Origin: Candidatus Tectimicrobiota bacterium
GTDB lineage: Bacteria > JACPUC01
DNA length: 64,000 nucleotides
Direction: 5' to 3'
NCBI GenBank assembly: GCA_016192455.1
Contig: JACPUC010000021.1
Span: forward strand, 1-64,000
Positions 60,961 to 64,000 of the stretch are shown piece by piece (position 1 is the first letter of the stretch; every line of letters starts with the position of its first letter). Position numbers and translations under genes: made by a program. Below the pieces are notes generated by a model that saw nothing but the letters and a program-made list of their open reading frames with translations, was not told where the DNA came from and did not search any database.

Positions 60961-62781
60961 TTACCCCGCAAGAATCTCGCCGATAACCCTGTGGTTGCCG
61001 AACGGCGCGATCAGGTACACCCCCGGCGATTGCCGGCGGATGCGCTCGTAGAGCGAGCGCGCCATCGCCAGGCCCACCCGGCGTTCCTCCTCGAGGGTGC
61101 GCGCCTCAGCCAGCCGCTGCATGATCGCATCCGTGATGCGCAGGCCGGGGACGTTGTCGCGCAGGAAGCGCGCATTGCGCAGACTGCGCAGCGGCATGAG
61201 GCCCGGCAGGATCGGGATGTCGAACCCCTTCGTCTCGCCCAGCATGGCCTCGAGAACCTCCTCATCGTAGATCGGCTGCGTCAGGCAGAAGCGCGCCCCC
61301 GCGGCGATCTTCTGCCTCAGGTAGTCGACCTGGTACTTCAGGTTGAGGTTGGGGTTGAGCGCGCAGCCGACGGCGAATCTCGTCGGCTGGGCGAGGGGAT
61401 TGCCGTGGTGATCAACTCCCCGGTTCAGGCGGCTGGTGACGAGGCCGATGAGCCCCGTCGAGGAGAGGTTGTGCACCGCCACGGCATCGGGGTTGTCGCC
61501 GCCCGAGGGATGGTCGCCGGTCAACGCCAGCAGCGTGTCGATCCCCAGCGCCGCCGCTCCGAGGAGGTCCGATTGCATCGCCAGCAGATTGCGGTGCCGG
61601 CAGGTGTAGTGCATGATCGCCGGCAGCCCGGTCTGTTGCTGCACCTGGCTGGCGAGGACGAGCGAGCAGACGGTCAGGTTGCCGAGGGAGTTATCGGTGA
61701 CATTGATGGCGTCGGCCCCCGCCTGCCCAAGCTCTGACGCGGCTTCGAGGTAGGGTCCGACCTCCGCCCCCCTGGGAGGGCGCAGCTCGACGGTGACCGC
61801 GAAACGCTGCGCCAGGGCGCCGAGGAAGCGGCTGGCCGGCTGCGCCGCGGCGGCTTGCTCCTGCACCTCGACGAGGAGGCGCGCCGTCCTGGCCGGGCGC
61901 CGCGGCCGCGGCCCGGGGGTCACGGTTTTGAGCGCCTCGTTCATGGCTCGGATGTGCTCCGGGGTGGTGCCGCAACAACCGCCGATCAGGCGCGCTCCCA
62001 GCGCCGCGTACTCCCGCGCGTACTCCGCCACGTACTCCGGCGTGGCATGGTAGTGGACCCTGCCCTGCACCTCCTCGGGAGGTCCGGCGTTCGGCTGCGC
62101 GATCAGATCGAAGAAGCCGCTCTCGGCAATATCCTCCAGCGCCTCCTTCAGGTGGTAGGGAGCGTTGCAGTTCACCCCCAGAACTTCAACGCCGTGGTTG
62201 CGCAGCGTCCGCAGCACGCTGCCGGTGTCGCGCTCGTTGCCCAGCTTGCCGTCGGGAAAACCCCGGAACATGCAGATCGGGGGGGCTCCCAGCACCCGCT
62301 TCACGGCTTTGATCGCCAGCACCATCTCGCGCAGGTCGAGGAAGGTTTCCAGGGAGACCATGGCGACGCCTCCCTCGGCCAACCCCTCGACCTGTTCGGT
62401 GAAGACCTGGAGAATGTCGTCGTCGCTGAGGTTCTCTTCGAAGCGGCGGAATCCGAGGGGACCCACCGAGCCGGAGACGGTCGCCAGCGGGCCGGCGGTC
62501 TTGCAGGCCAGGCGGGCCGCCGCCTCGTTGATGGGGCGCACCTTGTCCTCCAAGCCGTACAGCTCCAGCTTCAGAGCATTGGCGCCGAAGCTGTTCGTGT
62601 GCAGCAGCCGCGCCCCGGCCTCGAGGTAGGAGCGGTGCACGAGCTGGATCAGGTGGGCATCGCTGAGATTGAGCTGCTCCTTGCAGAGGCCGAACTTGCC
62701 GTAGCCGACCTCCAGCATGGTGCCCATGGCGCCGTCGCAGAGCACCACGTCATCCGCGAGGAGGTCTCGCACGTTCACCAT
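60961..62781 (-). CDS. yitJ: Bifunctional homocysteine S-methyltransferase / methylenetetrahydrofolate reductase
   Basis: N-terminal DGAMGT, GVNC, PNAG and GGCCGT; C-terminal MTHFR domain VEL.PP, H.TCR.RN, LTGD, K..AGA.F..TQP. Confidence 0.9.
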   Translation of the reverse strand: MVNVRDLLADDVVLCDGAMGTMLEVGYGKFGLCKEQLNLSDAHLIQLVHRSYLEAGARLLHTNSFGANALKLELYGLEDKVRPINEAAARLACKTAGPLATVSGSVGPLGFRRFEENLSDDDILQVFTEQVEGLAEGGVAMVSLETFLDLREMVLAIKAVKRVLGAPPICMFRGFPDGKLGNERDTGSVLRTLRNHGVEVLGVNCNAPYHLKEALEDIAESGFFDLIAQPNAGPPEEVQGRVHYHATPEYVAEYAREYAALGARLIGGCCGTTPEHIRAMNEALKTVTPGPRPRRPARTARLLVEVQEQAAAAQPASRFLGALAQRFAVTVELRPPRGAEVGPYLEAASELGQAGADAINVTDNSLGNLTVCSLVLASQVQQQTGLPAIMHYTCRHRNLLAMQSDLLGAAALGIDTLLALTGDHPSGGDNPDAVAVHNLSSTGLIGLVTSRLNRGVDHHGNPLAQPTRFAVGCALNPNLNLKYQVDYLRQKIAAGARFCLTQPIYDEEVLEAMLGETKGFDIPILPGLMPLRSLRNARFLRDNVPGLRITDAIMQRLAEARTLEEERRVGLAMARSLYERIRRQSPGVYLIAPFGNHRVIGEILAG

Positions 62782-63205
62782 GCGCTCACCTTCTTGAAGA
62801 CCGGGAGAGAGCAAAAGCGGCTGGTTGGAAGGAGCTGCCTTCAATATCATGAAGTTCCGCCGCCCTGTCAAGAATCGTGGCGGCGGCGGGTGGCCCAGCC
62901 CGGCGCCGTGACAGCGCGGCACATCCACGCGGCCCCCGCGGCGCGCCTGCCCGGTTCCCCGCGCCGACGCTGAGGAGAAATACCCTGGCGTCGGCGCCGC
63001 GGCAGGGAGCCGTACCGGCGGCGGGCGTGCAGGGCCATGGCCGCGGGGTGCGTTTCAGCACGGAGTCGGGTATCCTGCGGAGGGGCAGTGGAGGGGCGCC
63101 AGCCGCATCGCAGCCTCGCCGCGCTCCCGGCTCGGCAGGCGCGCAGCGTCACCGGGTCCTCGGCGCGGGCGAGGTGCGGGTTCAGAGCGCTGCCTCTCCG
63201 CCACC

Positions 63206-63928
63206 ATGACGCCGCAGACCGTGCGAGGCATGATCATGAAAGCCTGGGAGGCCTTGGCGTTCGCCAGTGAGGAGGAGCGACGGCAGTACTATGCGAACTT
63301 CCCCCTGCCCCCTGGGCACTCGGTGGCAGCCTTTTGGCAGGACCCCGTCTTCAAGCGGCAGCTCTTCGCCCGTGCGCACCTGCGGCCCGGCACCTCGCTC
63401 CTCCTCATCAGCGAGGCGAACGAGCGCTGCGGCCTCAGCGCCCTGGCGCGCGACGCCGTGGGCGAGCAGGGAAGGCTCGTCGAGCACGACGTCATCCGGG
63501 AAGGACGCACCCTGCACGAGTGGAACATCTACGAGCGCCTCTGCCGGCCGTATGCTCCCGCCACCTTCGACGCCGCCATCGCCACCACCACGCACCACAT
63601 GCAGCAGCTCGACCGCGAGATGGGCGAGCTCATCCGGGTGGTAAAACCGGGGGGCTGGCTCGTCGTCGCCGACAACGGGCCGGGCAAGCTTTTCTTCGAG
63701 CTGGCGAAGCAGGACGCGCACCTGGAGTTCGCCGCCGATCTCCTCATCTACGCGATGGCCGTCTGGCTGAACTTCGGCGACTCGGTCGATGAAGCCTACG
63801 CGAACCTCAAGCGCTGGGGATGCAAGTACGACGAAGAGGACCTGCTGCGCGCCATGCGGCCCGCGCTCGAGGAGGTCGGCGCGTTCGCCTGGAAGGGGCT
63901 GTGGCTGGTGGCCGGACGGAAGCGCTGA
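63206..63928 (+). CDS. Class I SAM-dependent methyltransferase-like protein
   Basis: ATFDAAI....HH......E..RVVKPGG.LVV.D is present, but motif I (GxGxG) is not recognisable. Confidence 0.6.
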   Translation: MTPQTVRGMIMKAWEALAFASEEERRQYYANFPLPPGHSVAAFWQDPVFKRQLFARAHLRPGTSLLLISEANERCGLSALARDAVGEQGRLVEHDVIREGRTLHEWNIYERLCRPYAPATFDAAIATTTHHMQQLDREMGELIRVVKPGGWLVVADNGPGKLFFELAKQDAHLEFAADLLIYAMAVWLNFGDSVDEAYANLKRWGCKYDEEDLLRAMRPALEEVGAFAWKGLWLVAGRKR

Positions 63929-64000
63929 TCGCCGGGGCCGAGGGCGCAACGCCGCAGCCTTGCTCCGCCTTGCCCGGCAGGGGAGTGGGGCGGCGCCGGC

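Overview
High-GC bacterial chromosomal window containing about 45 credible genes. The abundance of UbiD, LLM, hydantoinase, amidohydrolase, ThDP enzymes and stand-alone NitT/TauT binding proteins resembles Tectomicrobia/Rokubacteria-type genomes (inference only). From left to right: the 3' end of an IS110-family transposase; an FAH hydrolase; a composite palindromic-repeat block; a higBA toxin-antitoxin pair; a minus-strand GntR-UbiD-Mo-hydroxylase-MtaA/URO-D run; EamA and MFS transporters; two tandem paralogous c-type cytochromes, one with a non-canonical CGCH motif; an hsdS remnant; a ~20 kb catabolic region (CouO-like hydrolase, hydantoinase A/B, SDR, LLM, binding proteins, PuuE-like deacetylase, two ThDP decarboxylases around a second UbiD, cysteine hydrolase, cyclic amidohydrolase, acyl-CoA ligase) that contains an inverted second copy of the repeat block; a six-gene Qrc/ACIII-like respiratory operon ending in a tetraheme cytochrome; a structured ~1 kb intergenic region followed by an orphan PqqD/RRE gene; OsmC; a degenerate sigma54-type regulator; LLM; a TolB-like/M28 peptidase pair; lipA; a DHA2 MFS; HtrA; metH convergent with yitJ; and a methyltransferase-like ORF. 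I found no rRNA, tRNA or CRISPR array. All calls come from motif recognition by eye; no searches were run. Start codons were trimmed by eye from the ORF track.
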